64,000 nt of DNA. It comes from an uncultured Chloroflexia bacterium (GTDB lineage: Bacteria > Chloroflexota > Dehalococcoidia > DSTF01 > JALHUB01). Under the pieces are notes generated by a model, which searched no databases, had not been told where the DNA came from, and saw only the letters and a list, made by a program, of their open reading frames with translations. Position 1 is the stretch's first letter. Each line of letters starts with the position of its first letter. Both the position numbers and the translations under genes were made by a program. Of this stretch, positions 63,011-64,000 are shown piece after piece. Where the stretch lies: NCBI GenBank assembly GCA_963842845.1, contig CAWJHZ010000007.1, positions 8,342 through 72,341 on the forward strand, in the 5' to 3' direction.

Positions 63011-63490
63011 ATGAGACGAACTACGGCGCTTGAGGGGCCGATTCGCCTATCAACGAAAGAATATCTTCAGATCAACCAGGCGCTCTTCAGCCTCGCCCAT
63101 GCATACGAGTCGCGCATGGCCGCGGCGGAGGCGCAGAAGCCGACGGGCCTGACGCTCTCCGATCGGGCCGTCCTGATGGTTGTCGGGCGGTTCGCGCCGA
63201 CGAACGCTGCCGCCCTTTCGACCAAGATGGACATCAACCCCGGCACCATCTCTGTCTACGTGCAGCGCCTGGTCACTGGGGGCTTGCTCCAGCGCGAGCA
63301 GGATACTGATGACCGCCGAAACTGGTGGCTCACGCTCACAGACAAAGGAAAGACGGCTTACGAAGAGACCATCGCCGGCACCGTCGACTATACGCGCGGC
63401 TTCCTGTCCGCCCTCGACAAGAACGAGCAGCGCGCGCTCCGCAACCTGCTGTTGAAGGCGTCGCACAGCCTTGGATTCGACTGGCAGTAG
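63011..63490 (+). CDS. MarR family transcriptional regulator
   Basis: ...LTLSDRAVLMVVGRFAPTNAAALSTKMDINPGTISVYVQRLVTGGLLQREQDTDDRRNWWLTLTDKGK... is a winged HTH. Confidence 0.7.
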   Translation: MRRTTALEGPIRLSTKEYLQINQALFSLAHAYESRMAAAEAQKPTGLTLSDRAVLMVVGRFAPTNAAALSTKMDINPGTISVYVQRLVTGGLLQREQDTDDRRNWWLTLTDKGKTAYEETIAGTVDYTRGFLSALDKNEQRALRNLLLKASHSLGFDWQ

Positions 63491-63503
63491 GAGAGAGCAG
63501 GCA

Positions 63504-64000
63504 ATGCCCGAACGACGCAAACTGCTACTGGTGAACCCCGTGAACCCCGCGCGGACCGGGCTGACGGTTAACCGCAGATCACGTTTCCCTCCAATCGGCC
63601 TGGGCATCGTTGCGGCCCTGACGCCCGCAGACTGGGACGTGGAACTCGTGGACGAGAACTGGAGCGTGGAACGCGTGGATGAGAACTGGGAGGCGTTCTG
63701 CTTCCGAGAGGCAGACCTCGTCGGCATCACCGCCTTCACCGCCTCAGTCAACCGAGCGTACGATATCGCCTCCACCTTCCGGACACGCGGCACGCCTGTC
63801 GTCATGGGCGGCATCCACGCATCGATGAGGCCGGATGAGGCTCTGCGCTTCGTCGACGCCGTTGTCATTGGTGAGGCGGAAGGCGTCTGGCCTCAAGTCG
63901 TGGCTGACTTCGAGGCCGGGCGGCTCCAGAGGACGTACCAGGGCGTGTGGCCGGAACTTGCAGGCATTCGGCCCCCGCGCCGCGACCTCTTCCATCCGGG
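63504..64000 (+). CDS. B12-binding domain radical SAM protein (N-terminal part; continues beyond window)
   Basis: ATG at 63504, frame open to the window end. B12-binding-like N-terminus (LLLVNPVNP...FPPIGLGIVAALTP...VVMGGIHAS...VVIGEAEGVW). Confidence 0.55.
   Translation, partial: MPERRKLLLVNPVNPARTGLTVNRRSRFPPIGLGIVAALTPADWDVELVDENWSVERVDENWEAFCFREADLVGITAFTASVNRAYDIASTFRTRGTPVVMGGIHASMRPDEALRFVDAVVIGEAEGVWPQVVADFEAGRLQRTYQGVWPELAGIRPPRRDLFHP

Overview
This is a high-GC bacterial window with a metabolic/housekeeping backbone and a central mosaic of mobile DNA. Backbone genes include a glycyl-radical-enzyme locus with its activase, an ABC substrate-binding protein, a FAD oxidoreductase, and a HgdC-type activase fusion. 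Housekeeping genes include relA/spoT, hisS, prfA-prmC, rsmI and mutS2. The mobile region runs from about 12 kb to 44 kb and carries an IS3 element plus a solo IS3 end, IS1595 with a passenger gene, a REP/RAYT unit, a tyrosine integrase plus degraded copies, and a large serine recombinase inserted in comM/yifB. It also holds a tRNA-Arg(CCG) flanked by recombinase gene fragments. The most striking structure is a pair of inverted MmeI-family Type IIL restriction-modification genes (12442..15228 + and 30692..33515 -). They share a perfect 523-bp identity tract and a conserved 3' block but have divergent target-recognition regions. One copy is frameshifted in its recognition region, which suggests gene conversion or inversion-driven specificity switching. 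Between them lies a five-gene cassette array of secreted lipoprotein and beta-propeller proteins (TolB-like, Kelch, RCC1). Each cassette has the same promoter-leader and a conserved 3' element, and four cassettes end in a C-terminal sorting-signal-like tail (VGGIAEPPD ... TM helix ... GWYARRRWLH) that matches no named family I recognise. A 44-bp palindromic element recurs three times upstream of the glycyl radical enzyme, the ABC binding protein and a giant TSP3/dockerin protein, next to a MarR gene, which suggests a shared operator.
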